Shown here: positions 16,104-24,224 of the stretch, one piece after another
Numbering within the stretch: the first letter of the stretch is position 1
How the letters are laid out: each line of letters starts with the position of its first letter
Source of the DNA: a virus
Taxonomy: Duplodnaviria > Caudoviricetes
Length of the DNA stretch: 60,372 bases
Reading direction: 5' to 3' (one strand)
Virus record (IMG/VR): IMGVR_UViG_3300048086_000023
Location: 1-60,372 of that record
Program-made: the position numbers and the translations under genes
The notes under the pieces: model-generated
Databases searched by the model: none
The model's input: the letters and a program-made list of their open reading frames with translations, nothing else
Told to the model about the DNA's origin: nothing

Positions 16104-16253
16104 GAGCCGCTTTGGCACCTTCATTTTTCTTATCGCGTTGAAATGAAAAGCGTTTCAGCAACTTTGCCCCTACTTAGTACCTCAAGGTGCTTGACCCAGA
16201 AGCCGGCGCTTCGATACCGATAGCGATCCGCGCACCATTTCACGGAGGAAACC

Positions 16254-16484
16254 ATGGATGCGGTCACGCCTCGCCCACGGCAGCGCGCCGACATCACGAT
16301 GCGCTACATCGCCCGTAAAGATCTTTGGAACGCCGTCGCTTTGCAGTGCGGCCTTTCGCCGGAGTCGGTGCGCTCCTGGCGCCGCGTGCCGGCGGCGCGG
16401 GTACTCGACGTCATGCGCGCCACCGGCCGCCCGGCCTACATGATCCGCCCGGATCTCCACGATCGCCCGCTCATCCAGAAATAG
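16254..16484 (+). CDS. Cro/YdaS-like HTH regulator
   Basis: VALQCGLSPESVRSWRRVPAARV..V..ATG.P...IRPDL; GGAGG SD. Confidence 0.85.
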   Translation: MDAVTPRPRQRADITMRYIARKDLWNAVALQCGLSPESVRSWRRVPAARVLDVMRATGRPAYMIRPDLHDRPLIQK

Positions 16485-16493
16485 GAAACCACC

Positions 16494-16865
16494 ATGGCCA
16501 AGAAGGCAAACGAAGTCACCAACGCGCCCGAATCCGAAGACGTGCAGCGCGCCGTCCGCGACATCGAAGATCGGTTCGTCGAGTTGGCCAGCGAAAAAGG
16601 CGCCTACATGCTGAAATGCCGGCGCATCCGCGAGTCGATGAAGGGCGATTACGAGCGCGCATCGGAGCGCGGCATCTCGCAAAAGCTGCTGAAGCTGATC
16701 GTCAAGGAACGCGAGCTGGAACGTCGCATCGATGGGCTGGCAACGGATCTGGAAAACGATGAGCGTTCCGAGCTGGAAATGCTGATGGAAAAGCTGGGGG
16801 ATTTCGGATCGCTGCCGTTGGGCTTGGCAGCGATTGAGAAGGTCAAGCTGTCGGCAGGTGCGTGA
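16494..16865 (+). CDS. GapR/DUF2312-like DNA-binding protein
   Basis: I..IE...L..EK......IRE..K..Y..A..RG...K.L..IVK.R pattern. Confidence 0.6.
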   Translation: MAKKANEVTNAPESEDVQRAVRDIEDRFVELASEKGAYMLKCRRIRESMKGDYERASERGISQKLLKLIVKERELERRIDGLATDLENDERSELEMLMEKLGDFGSLPLGLAAIEKVKLSAGA

Positions 16866-16893
16866 TGCGCAAAAATAAGGAAGGGAACACACC

Positions 16894-17511
16894 ATGTCGC
16901 AGGTAGTCACACATGACGAGGGGCCAAGGCAAGTCGCGCGGCCTTTGAATGTGCTTGTACCACTCATCAAGGATGATTTGCAGCAAGAACATGAAGCAGC
17001 GGTGCAAGCCAGCATGCCATACCGCATTGCGGCCGGTGCCAAGATGATCGAGGCCCGCGACGGAAGCAATTTAAAGCCCGGCGAGCTTTACGAATGGACC
17101 AAGCTGAATTTCAACTTAGGGAAAGATTCGGCTTCACTTTACATTAAGCTCGCTGAATCAACTGGTTACGGTGTGCAGAGGGCCATCCCTGTCTCTAAGC
17201 CCTTCACAAGTCTCGATGATTTCAAACGCCGAGGTCTCGGACGTGACGTTCCATCAAGCGGACGCGTCGCGCGTGAGTGGACCGCGCCAGTCGATGACAT
17301 CGCGGAGCGTGCCCGGCGCGAAGCACATCGGTTGCGCGAAGCAGAACTTACCAGAGCACAAGAGCGCGACGCAGAGAGAAAGCTCGCACTTCGGCTTATC
17401 GATATCGGCTTTAAGGTATTAGCCAGCGAACTCCATCCCGACAAAGGCGGATCACGAGACGCGATGTCGCGTCTCAACCGAGTGCGTGATCGGTTGAAGC
17501 AGCACGCATAG
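16894..17511 (+). CDS. Hypothetical protein with C-terminal J-domain-like HPD motif
   Basis: GFKVLASELHPDKGGSRDAMSRLNRVRD. Confidence 0.7.
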   Translation: MSQVVTHDEGPRQVARPLNVLVPLIKDDLQQEHEAAVQASMPYRIAAGAKMIEARDGSNLKPGELYEWTKLNFNLGKDSASLYIKLAESTGYGVQRAIPVSKPFTSLDDFKRRGLGRDVPSSGRVAREWTAPVDDIAERARREAHRLREAELTRAQERDAERKLALRLIDIGFKVLASELHPDKGGSRDAMSRLNRVRDRLKQHA

Positions 17512-17529
17512 CCCAGAAAGATTACCACC

Positions 17530-18012
17530 ATGGAAGGCAAGGATAACACGTCGGTGACGAAGATCACCGAGCGCACCAAGCCAGCACTCGCGACTATCGG
17601 CACCAGGCAAGTGATTTCGACCGGTCGCTGGAATGATGGGCTGATGGCCGATTGGGTGATCTTGAACGCGCAGAAGAAATGGGTTGGCATCGGCAAGCTC
17701 GCCACGGTTCTCGGTGCGAATACCATCGACAATAAGAGGCGCGTTCGTAATCGCCTCTCCCGTCTATTCCAGGAGTTTTCCCGGCGCGGTCTGTGGCTGG
17801 CGATTGTGCACAACGGCAAGCACAACAGCGCCTCCGCTGTAAAAGTGGCTGATCTGGAGTCAGAGCAAGATCGCCAGTGCGTGAAAGCAAAGCTCCAGCG
17901 CATGAAGAAGGCTAAGGAGCTTACCGCCGAACGGTACGAGGAAGCCATGGCGGTGCTTCATGCGATGGAAGCGGAGCAAAAGCCGGAGCTGAAGGAAACG
18001 GAGCCGGCCTGA
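17530..18012 (+). CDS. Hypothetical protein
   Basis: 160-aa ORF in the rightward operon. Confidence 0.65.
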   Translation: MEGKDNTSVTKITERTKPALATIGTRQVISTGRWNDGLMADWVILNAQKKWVGIGKLATVLGANTIDNKRRVRNRLSRLFQEFSRRGLWLAIVHNGKHNSASAVKVADLESEQDRQCVKAKLQRMKKAKELTAERYEEAMAVLHAMEAEQKPELKETEPA

Positions 18013-18206
18013 TGAAATATGCGATCGTTCTCTATTCGAAACACACGGGTGAGCCCTGTCACCTTGGGTCGCAGTTTGCGACCATGGCGGAATTGCAAGA
18101 TTACGTCGACAAGCAGATTTGCACCCGCTGCAATCGAGTAGAGACCGTTTTCGTTCCAGATGGCGCGCAATGGGTAAATCGTAACGCTGGCTTCAGGAAA
18201 TCATGA
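18012..18206 (+). CDS. Small hypothetical protein
   Basis: Coupled at both ends (TGATG and ATGA). Confidence 0.55.
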   Translation: MKYAIVLYSKHTGEPCHLGSQFATMAELQDYVDKQICTRCNRVETVFVPDGAQWVNRNAGFRKS

Positions 18207-18727
18207 AATCCGTGCTCGCCCTTGATCTGGCCTCGGTCTCCGGCTGGTCTTTCGGCGAGCCCGGCGGCACACCGGACCACGGCACGATCCGCTTCGCATC
18301 ATCCGGCGCATCGCATGAGGCGGTGTTCGCAGGTGCAATGAACTGGATGAGAGGACTGCTTGCGGTTCGGCAGATCAATATCGTGGTGTGGGAAGCCCCG
18401 CTCGCGGCATCGTTCAAGCGCGGCACCACCAACATCAACACCACGACTCTGCTCTATGGATTGCCGGCGGTAATCGGTGCCGTGGCCTATCACAGCGGCA
18501 TTCACGATTTGTACAAGGCCGACACCAAGGCGGTGCGTCTGCATTTCATCGGCGGTAATCCGCCGCGCGACGTCGCTAAGAAACTTACGAAGTATCAATG
18601 CGGCAAGATGGGTTGGAAAGTTTCCGACGACAACGAAGCCGACGCGCTGGCAACATGGTCATACATGTGCTCACTTCTTGAACCTAAGCTTGCCGTCCTG
18701 CCGATGCCGCTGTTCGGAGCCGCGTGA
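18203..18727 (+). CDS. RuvC-like Holliday junction resolvase
   Basis: VLALDLA..SGW, VVWEAP and DDNEADALA acidic catalytic motifs. Confidence 0.85.
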   Translation: MKSVLALDLASVSGWSFGEPGGTPDHGTIRFASSGASHEAVFAGAMNWMRGLLAVRQINIVVWEAPLAASFKRGTTNINTTTLLYGLPAVIGAVAYHSGIHDLYKADTKAVRLHFIGGNPPRDVAKKLTKYQCGKMGWKVSDDNEADALATWSYMCSLLEPKLAVLPMPLFGAA

Positions 18728-19029
18728 TGTTGATTGTGTGTCCATGCTGCAATGGCGCTGGAACCATCAGTGAGGTGGCGCCAGTCAAGCTGAGCACGAT
18801 GGAATTTAGGATCTGGGACATCGTGCGCCGCGCCAAGAGTGGCATTGCGGTCGCCGACTTGGTCAACCAGGTCTATGCCAATTGCAAGAGCCCGGAGTAT
18901 GCGCAGCAGTCGGTCGTCGTGACCGTATGCAACGCCAATAAGCGGCTGGCTACCGTCAAGCAAAGGATCGTGTCCACGCGAGGGCGCGGTTCCATCTACT
19001 CATTGCAGCGCCTTGATGACCACCCGTAA
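18724..19029 (+). CDS. Zn-knuckle plus OmpR-like winged-helix protein
   Basis: CPCCNG, LSTMEFRI, and SVVVTV..ANKRL....I...RGRG..Y.L. Confidence 0.65.
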   Translation: MMLIVCPCCNGAGTISEVAPVKLSTMEFRIWDIVRRAKSGIAVADLVNQVYANCKSPEYAQQSVVVTVCNANKRLATVKQRIVSTRGRGSIYSLQRLDDHP

Positions 19030-19034
19030 TTTTA

Positions 19035-20588
19035 ATGACCATGGTTTTGGAACGCGCGCCAAGCGATCTGAACGGCGACCTGTTCGACGGAGGCGGTGCG
19101 GTATTGGCCGACCACCACGCCGAAGAGCAAATGCTTGGCTATCTGCTGAACAAGCCGGGCGCGATCACCGAGACCATGGACGTTGTCCGGCCGCATGACC
19201 TGCATGATCCGCTGAACCGCGTCATCTATGATCTGCTGATCCGCGCCTACGATATTGATAGCCCGCCCACCATGGAGACGTTGGTCGCGGGACTCGGCGG
19301 TGAGAAGAGCGCCGCCGCCACCGTGGCGCGGCTGATCGCTGATGCGGATATGCATATCGCGGTCGACGAGGTTGCCGAATATCTGTTTGCGTTGAGCGAG
19401 CGCCGCGCCGTTGGCGCGGCCGATGATATCGACTTCGATCACGGCAAGCCGTTCGTCTCAAAATTCGGCGCGATAACCTGGGAAGAGATCGGCGCCGCCG
19501 GTTCTCCGGCCTATGGATGGGCGATCGAGGACGTGCTCCCGCTCGGTGAGATCACCCTTGCCTTCGGCGACAGCGGGTCTGGCAAGAGCTTTGCGATGTT
19601 TGATATGTCATTGTGCATCGCACGTAATATCAAGTTCACGGGACACAACGTCGAGCCTGGCCTTGTGATCTATGTCGCCGCCGAAGCTGGCAAGGGATTT
19701 TCGAAGCGCAAGGTCGCCTATTCGATCCAGCACAGCCTGGAGCCTTCGGACCCGCTGCCGTTTGTGCTGATGACCAAGCGGCCGGACTTCTTCCATGACG
19801 ACGCCGACGCCGTGGCGCTGATCGAGGAGATCGGCAAGATCTGCCGGCGGTACACCGCGCGGCTGATCCTGATCGTCATCGATACGCTGTCCGCCCTGGC
19901 GCCGGGCATGAACGAGAACGCCAGCGCCGATGTGTCCATGGTCCGCAAGCGTCTGATGATGCTGCAGGACAGTTTCAATTCCTCGGTGGTCCTCGTCCAC
20001 CACATGCCTAAAAACGGCAGCGGAACGCCACGCGGCCACGGCAGTCTGACCGCCGACTTCGAAACTACCATCAAGTTTGAAACGATTTGTGACAAGAAGA
20101 CCGAGACCGGCTTGCCGATCCACCGCGCCACCATCGAGAAGCAACGCGAGGGCAAGAAACATTTGCTATGGGAATTCACCCTCCCCATCATCGAGGTCGG
20201 GATTAACAAATGGGGCAATCCGGAAACGAGCTGCGCGGTGCAGCCCTATGTAACCGGGGCACCGAGGCCGGGAGCCGTTGGGTTCCACGCGACGCCGACT
20301 GAGATGCTGTTCATGCGCGCGCTCTATGATGCCCTCGTCGATCACCCACTGCCAACGCCGGCCGGACTGCCGAAATCAATTACCCACGTCGTCGACTTCA
20401 AGCATGTCCGCGCCCTGATGCGCGAACGTTTCATTCCACCTCACGAAGATAACGAGATCGCCGACAACCGCTTCCGCGTGGCGTTCAAGCGTGCCGGTGA
20501 TAAGCTCCGTGATGGCGCGGTGATCGGCGTGCAGGGCGCGCTGGTCTGGCCGACCGGGAAACCAGTGAACGGATTTTCCCCAGCATAG
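19035..20588 (+). CDS. RepA-type (SF4/AAA_25) replicative helicase with DnaB-N-like domain
   Basis: AEEQMLGYLL N-terminus, Walker A GDSGSGKS, YVAAE, Walker B LIVIDT, LVHH and RGHGSL. Confidence 0.9.
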   Translation: MTMVLERAPSDLNGDLFDGGGAVLADHHAEEQMLGYLLNKPGAITETMDVVRPHDLHDPLNRVIYDLLIRAYDIDSPPTMETLVAGLGGEKSAAATVARLIADADMHIAVDEVAEYLFALSERRAVGAADDIDFDHGKPFVSKFGAITWEEIGAAGSPAYGWAIEDVLPLGEITLAFGDSGSGKSFAMFDMSLCIARNIKFTGHNVEPGLVIYVAAEAGKGFSKRKVAYSIQHSLEPSDPLPFVLMTKRPDFFHDDADAVALIEEIGKICRRYTARLILIVIDTLSALAPGMNENASADVSMVRKRLMMLQDSFNSSVVLVHHMPKNGSGTPRGHGSLTADFETTIKFETICDKKTETGLPIHRATIEKQREGKKHLLWEFTLPIIEVGINKWGNPETSCAVQPYVTGAPRPGAVGFHATPTEMLFMRALYDALVDHPLPTPAGLPKSITHVVDFKHVRALMRERFIPPHEDNEIADNRFRVAFKRAGDKLRDGAVIGVQGALVWPTGKPVNGFSPA

Positions 20589-20813
20589 ACTGTTCTGCCG
20601 AGGCTCACGGCGTTCGCACCAGATTATAACTTTGGCCATTTGGACTCTCCTTCTAAATACCGGCACTGAACCATGCCGAAGGAGAATATTGTGAAACTGG
20701 CCTCACATTATTTCAATGGCCAGGCCATCATATTGATTTTGTTGAAGAATATTTTGAAGATATGATTCATGTCTCTCACATAGATAGTCTACACCCATCT
20801 AAATTAGCGCGGC

Positions 20814-21059
20814 TCAACGCGTGCCTGGCAGATGCAGCCCGCCGCCCATACTAAGCAGGCACGAGAGCAACGCGAAGATTATGTAGATGCACACGATGGC
20901 GATGATGGCCCACAGGATGATGTTCACCACCTGGCCGACGATAGGAACACCGAGCATCGAAGTGAGAAACGGGACGAGGAGCCGGATGATGGCGACGATG
21001 GCGCAGACGATGACCAGCCACACCAGCACCTGTTCAAGCCACGGCAACGAGAAACACAT
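20814..21059 (-). CDS. Two-TM small membrane protein (lysis module)
   Basis: Two long hydrophobic helices; last gene of the late operon. Confidence 0.7.
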   Translation of the reverse strand: MCFSLPWLEQVLVWLVIVCAIVAIIRLLVPFLTSMLGVPIVGQVVNIILWAIIAIVCIYIIFALLSCLLSMGGGLHLPGTR

Positions 21060-21071
21060 GGCGACTATCCT

Positions 21072-21455
21072 TTACCGCTTGATAATCCGCGCGACGTTCT
21101 CAAAGGTCCGCTTTCCGAAGTAGAATGACATGACGAGGCCGGACCACATGCTGACGTCGCCCTTGAGTGGCGGCGTGGTGCCGAGACCGAGCACGGTATC
21201 CCAGACAACGCACTTGGCGAAGAAAAGTAACACGATATAAAACGCCAGCTTCTCCGGTTCCCACGGGTGGCCGATCTCGGCGATCTTGAGCTGCGTCATC
21301 GCCTGAGTTTCGATGTTCTGCGCCGCGATCTCCTTGGCGGCGAGGTCGGCGGCGATGGTCTTATCCTGCGTGGTCGACACAAGATGCGCTTTGTACGCGC
21401 CGATCAGCCCGGAGACGACGGGACCGCCGATGAGCTGCATCAATGCGAGCCACAT
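21072..21455 (-). CDS. Holin-like membrane protein
   Basis: TM segments, FYFGKR motif and basic C-terminus; next to the lysin. Confidence 0.65.
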   Translation of the reverse strand: MWLALMQLIGGPVVSGLIGAYKAHLVSTTQDKTIAADLAAKEIAAQNIETQAMTQLKIAEIGHPWEPEKLAFYIVLLFFAKCVVWDTVLGLGTTPPLKGDVSMWSGLVMSFYFGKRTFENVARIIKR

Positions 21456-21456
21456 C

Positions 21457-21681
21457 TTACTTGCTCACCAGGGTGCCGTCTTTGGTCTCGGTGCCGCGTC
21501 GCCGTAGCAGCTCCGTGATGACACCGTTAATGATCATCCAGTAAGTGAGCCATTTCGGATCGAGCACCGCCGTAAGATCGGCCGTGGCCAGCACGGTCCA
21601 GACCGCACCGACCAGAACCTGGAGCCGCGCCCAGAGCAGTACCTCGGAATGGAGAAACCAGGCCTTGCATTTTTCCCACAT
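21457..21681 (-). CDS. Small membrane protein (holin/antiholin-like)
   Basis: Start reassigned to ATG 21681 (GGAGG SD); two hydrophobic segments. Confidence 0.65.
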   Translation of the reverse strand: MWEKCKAWFLHSEVLLWARLQVLVGAVWTVLATADLTAVLDPKWLTYWMIINGVITELLRRRGTETKDGTLVSK

Positions 21682-21683
21682 GG

Positions 21684-22403
21684 CTACTTCCTCCTGAACA
21701 TCGCCGCGATGGCGGCGAAGATCTTGGCGATGGCGTCTCCGATAGATCCCTTGGCTGGATTGGTAATAGATGGCGGTGCCGGCACGCCGGCCACGACAGG
21801 CGGCGGCAACGGATGCGGCGCAGCCGGGTTGATCACGGCGCCCGTGAAACTGATGGTCGGATCGAGCGCCATCAGCGCGACCAAGAGGCCGGCGCAGCCA
21901 AGCTGCTGGTCGATCACGGTCGCATTGAAGACACCATCCGAGGTGAACTTGCCGGCGTGATACTGATCGGTGCCGGCCCAGACATAGGGCGACGGGATTC
22001 CCCGCGTCGCATAGCCGAGGCCGTTGTACTTCTCGCATTCGGTCAGTAAGCCGCCGATCGACCAATCCGTATTCCTGCCGGCGAACGGCGCGCAGTTGAG
22101 CAGCGCATCAACCGCCGCGTCTTCCCAGGATCGGAATGGCCCTCGCCCCTTGGGAACGTGTGTCGAAACTCTGTCCCAGGGGTCGCCTTGCGCCAGCGAG
22201 CCGGTCCAGCTCTGCGACGCCTCGCGCTCGTGAACTACGGCAATAAAGAACCAGGGAACGCCGGTTTTTTCCGCGACAATAAGGTAGCGACTCTTGAACG
22301 CAAACAGCGCGCGCCCAACCGAATTGAAATTGCGGGTGAGCTTTGCGGCCTCCCAACGCCGCGTGTTGGCTCCCTTAAGTGCCGCGAGATCGACCATCGG
22401 CAA
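21684..22403 (-). CDS. Endolysin, lysozyme-like family
   Basis: TGVPW..IAVVHERE, L.QGDP, EKYNGLGY and SPYVWAGT..Y..GK...DG. Confidence 0.88.
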   Translation of the reverse strand: MPMVDLAALKGANTRRWEAAKLTRNFNSVGRALFAFKSRYLIVAEKTGVPWFFIAVVHEREASQSWTGSLAQGDPWDRVSTHVPKGRGPFRSWEDAAVDALLNCAPFAGRNTDWSIGGLLTECEKYNGLGYATRGIPSPYVWAGTDQYHAGKFTSDGVFNATVIDQQLGCAGLLVALMALDPTISFTGAVINPAAPHPLPPPVVAGVPAPPSITNPAKGSIGDAIAKIFAAIAAMFRRK

Positions 22404-22446
22404 TACTCACTTCGGCAATGAAGTGAAGTGTATTTCAATAGTTGAC

Positions 22447-22605
22447 CTATGTCGATGCGGCTTTGCGTGCGGCGATCATCCGCCGCCGCGTTCGATTCCC
22501 CTTCAGCGATCTGGCGCGACGTCGGATCGTTTCACGACGCCGGCATTCGCCGCATAGCGTGTCGATGCGATCATGCGGGATGTTGCATCGCGGACAGTGT
22601 TTCAC
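22447..22605 (-). CDS. Small Zn-finger-like basic protein (not in ORF track)
   Basis: GTG overlaps the upstream TGA; MKHCPRCNIPHDRIDTLCGECRRRETIRRRARSLKGNRTRRRMIAARKAAST. Confidence 0.55.
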   Translation of the reverse strand: MKHCPRCNIPHDRIDTLCGECRRRETIRRRARSLKGNRTRRRMIAARKAAST

Positions 22606-24224
22606 GGCGCGTAGGGGTTATCGTGGTTCTCAAGCGGACTGCCCTGCAGAAATGGCCGCAAGGTGCCGGCACCACGTCCAGCATTGGCATACGACGCGCG
22701 CGCACCGGTTGTCGGCCGAACGTAGCGGTTAAGCGCTGCGATGGCGGGGCGGGTAAAGGGCACGCTGGCGGCGCCAAGACCGGCAAGAATCTTTGGATTG
22801 AAATAATGCGCGGCAGCACCGCCCACGAGGCCGCTCATCAATGCCCGCCCCGTGGTGCCGCTATCCGCAACCGTGCTTGGCAATACATTTTGGCCAGCTT
22901 CAGCGAACCCTTGCATCAAGGCGTTGCCGCGCGCGAACGAGCCCTTGCGGACCGACTTGTCGCCCCGTTTCACGCCGGTCAGAAGATCACCCGGCGTGAA
23001 CACTCCGCCGCTGCCGCGACGATTGGCGGCGGCGGTCTCCAGACGGGTGTACATCGCCCAGCCGGTATTGATTCTCCTGAGCTGATCCGCGAGGTCTGGA
23101 TTCATCCGCTCCATGTTTTCGCGGACCGCTTGGACCGTGTCGCGGAGCGCGCCGCCCAGAATCTGATGGTCCGCGTTCGCAGAGCCGCTAAACTGGCCTG
23201 CGAGCTGGGTTAGCTTCTGCTCAATCCGTTTGACCTTTTCGCCGTCCAATGGCGCGGGGCGCCCGAACTGCTGATCGATGATGTTCTGAAACCGCCGCGT
23301 CTCCGTCTCAGGCAAGATGGCAGCATTGCGCTCATAGACATCCCGCAGATCATTGAACCATTGCTGGTCTGGCCTAAGCTCCAGATACGGCACGATATGA
23401 TCGTAGGCATTGCTAAGCTTGTCGTGCACCTCGCTGACCAGGTCATGTCCGACTGCGGTTCCCCGATCGAGCCTGCCGCCGATCGGAGCCAGGGTCTGAT
23501 TGGCAACGGCGCGGTTAAAATCTTCGATCGAGCGGCCACGCGCCTTGTCGATGAAATGCCCGGTAATAGGAAGACTGGTGGCCTTGTCTTCGATGTTCTT
23601 GGCAACGCTGCCGGCCATTTGGCCAGGCGTCAGTCTCACGCCGGCATCGGCCAGCGCCTGCTGTGCTGCTCCGAGCTGCGGCTTAACCGCGCGCGCGGCC
23701 AGCGGACCGCCAAGCAATCCTCCGGCGAGCCGTGCCGGTCCCTCAAGCCCTGTACCTTCCGCAGCCTGGCCCGCCGCTTCCGAACCAACGCCCGAAGCGC
23801 CGGCCATCAATGCCTTGGATAGCCAGCCGCCCGGACCGAAATAGCTGGCCGGATTGCCCATAAACTCCGTCGCGCTCTGTGCGTACTTGCCCGCCGTGGT
23901 TTCCGGCTCATGAAACTTGCCGGTTGCTTTCTCGATTGTGCTTTGGATGCCGCCGCTCGTCGGCAGGATCGGGCCGGTCGGTTCTGGCGACGGACCTTGA
24001 CCGAACAGGCCGCCGATGTAGTCCCCGGCGGCCTTGCTGCCCTGGGTCAAAAGATTAGCGGCATCGCCCGGCAGGCCTGCGAAATCAATCAGGCCTTTGC
24101 CGAGGCCGGTACCGGCGCTCTTCGCCACGTCGCCGAGGGGCGACGACTCCGGCTGCTTCGGCGCGTCGAATTGATCGAAGGCGTTGCCAACCGGTGCATC
24201 GAATTGATCGAAGGCGTTCGGCAT
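22602..24224 (-). CDS. Internal virion / DNA ejection protein
   Basis: Tandem NAFDQFDAP at the N-terminus; Gly/Ala-rich helical protein; position after the nozzle genes. Confidence 0.75.
   Translation of the reverse strand: MPNAFDQFDAPVGNAFDQFDAPKQPESSPLGDVAKSAGTGLGKGLIDFAGLPGDAANLLTQGSKAAGDYIGGLFGQGPSPEPTGPILPTSGGIQSTIEKATGKFHEPETTAGKYAQSATEFMGNPASYFGPGGWLSKALMAGASGVGSEAAGQAAEGTGLEGPARLAGGLLGGPLAARAVKPQLGAAQQALADAGVRLTPGQMAGSVAKNIEDKATSLPITGHFIDKARGRSIEDFNRAVANQTLAPIGGRLDRGTAVGHDLVSEVHDKLSNAYDHIVPYLELRPDQQWFNDLRDVYERNAAILPETETRRFQNIIDQQFGRPAPLDGEKVKRIEQKLTQLAGQFSGSANADHQILGGALRDTVQAVRENMERMNPDLADQLRRINTGWAMYTRLETAAANRRGSGGVFTPGDLLTGVKRGDKSVRKGSFARGNALMQGFAEAGQNVLPSTVADSGTTGRALMSGLVGGAAAHYFNPKILAGLGAASVPFTRPAIAALNRYVRPTTGARASYANAGRGAGTLRPFLQGSPLENHDNPYAP

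Noticed and set aside
20590-20810. AT-rich gap between convergent operons as a functional RNA or origin
   Set aside because: No convincing stem, repeat series or ORF found; left unassigned.
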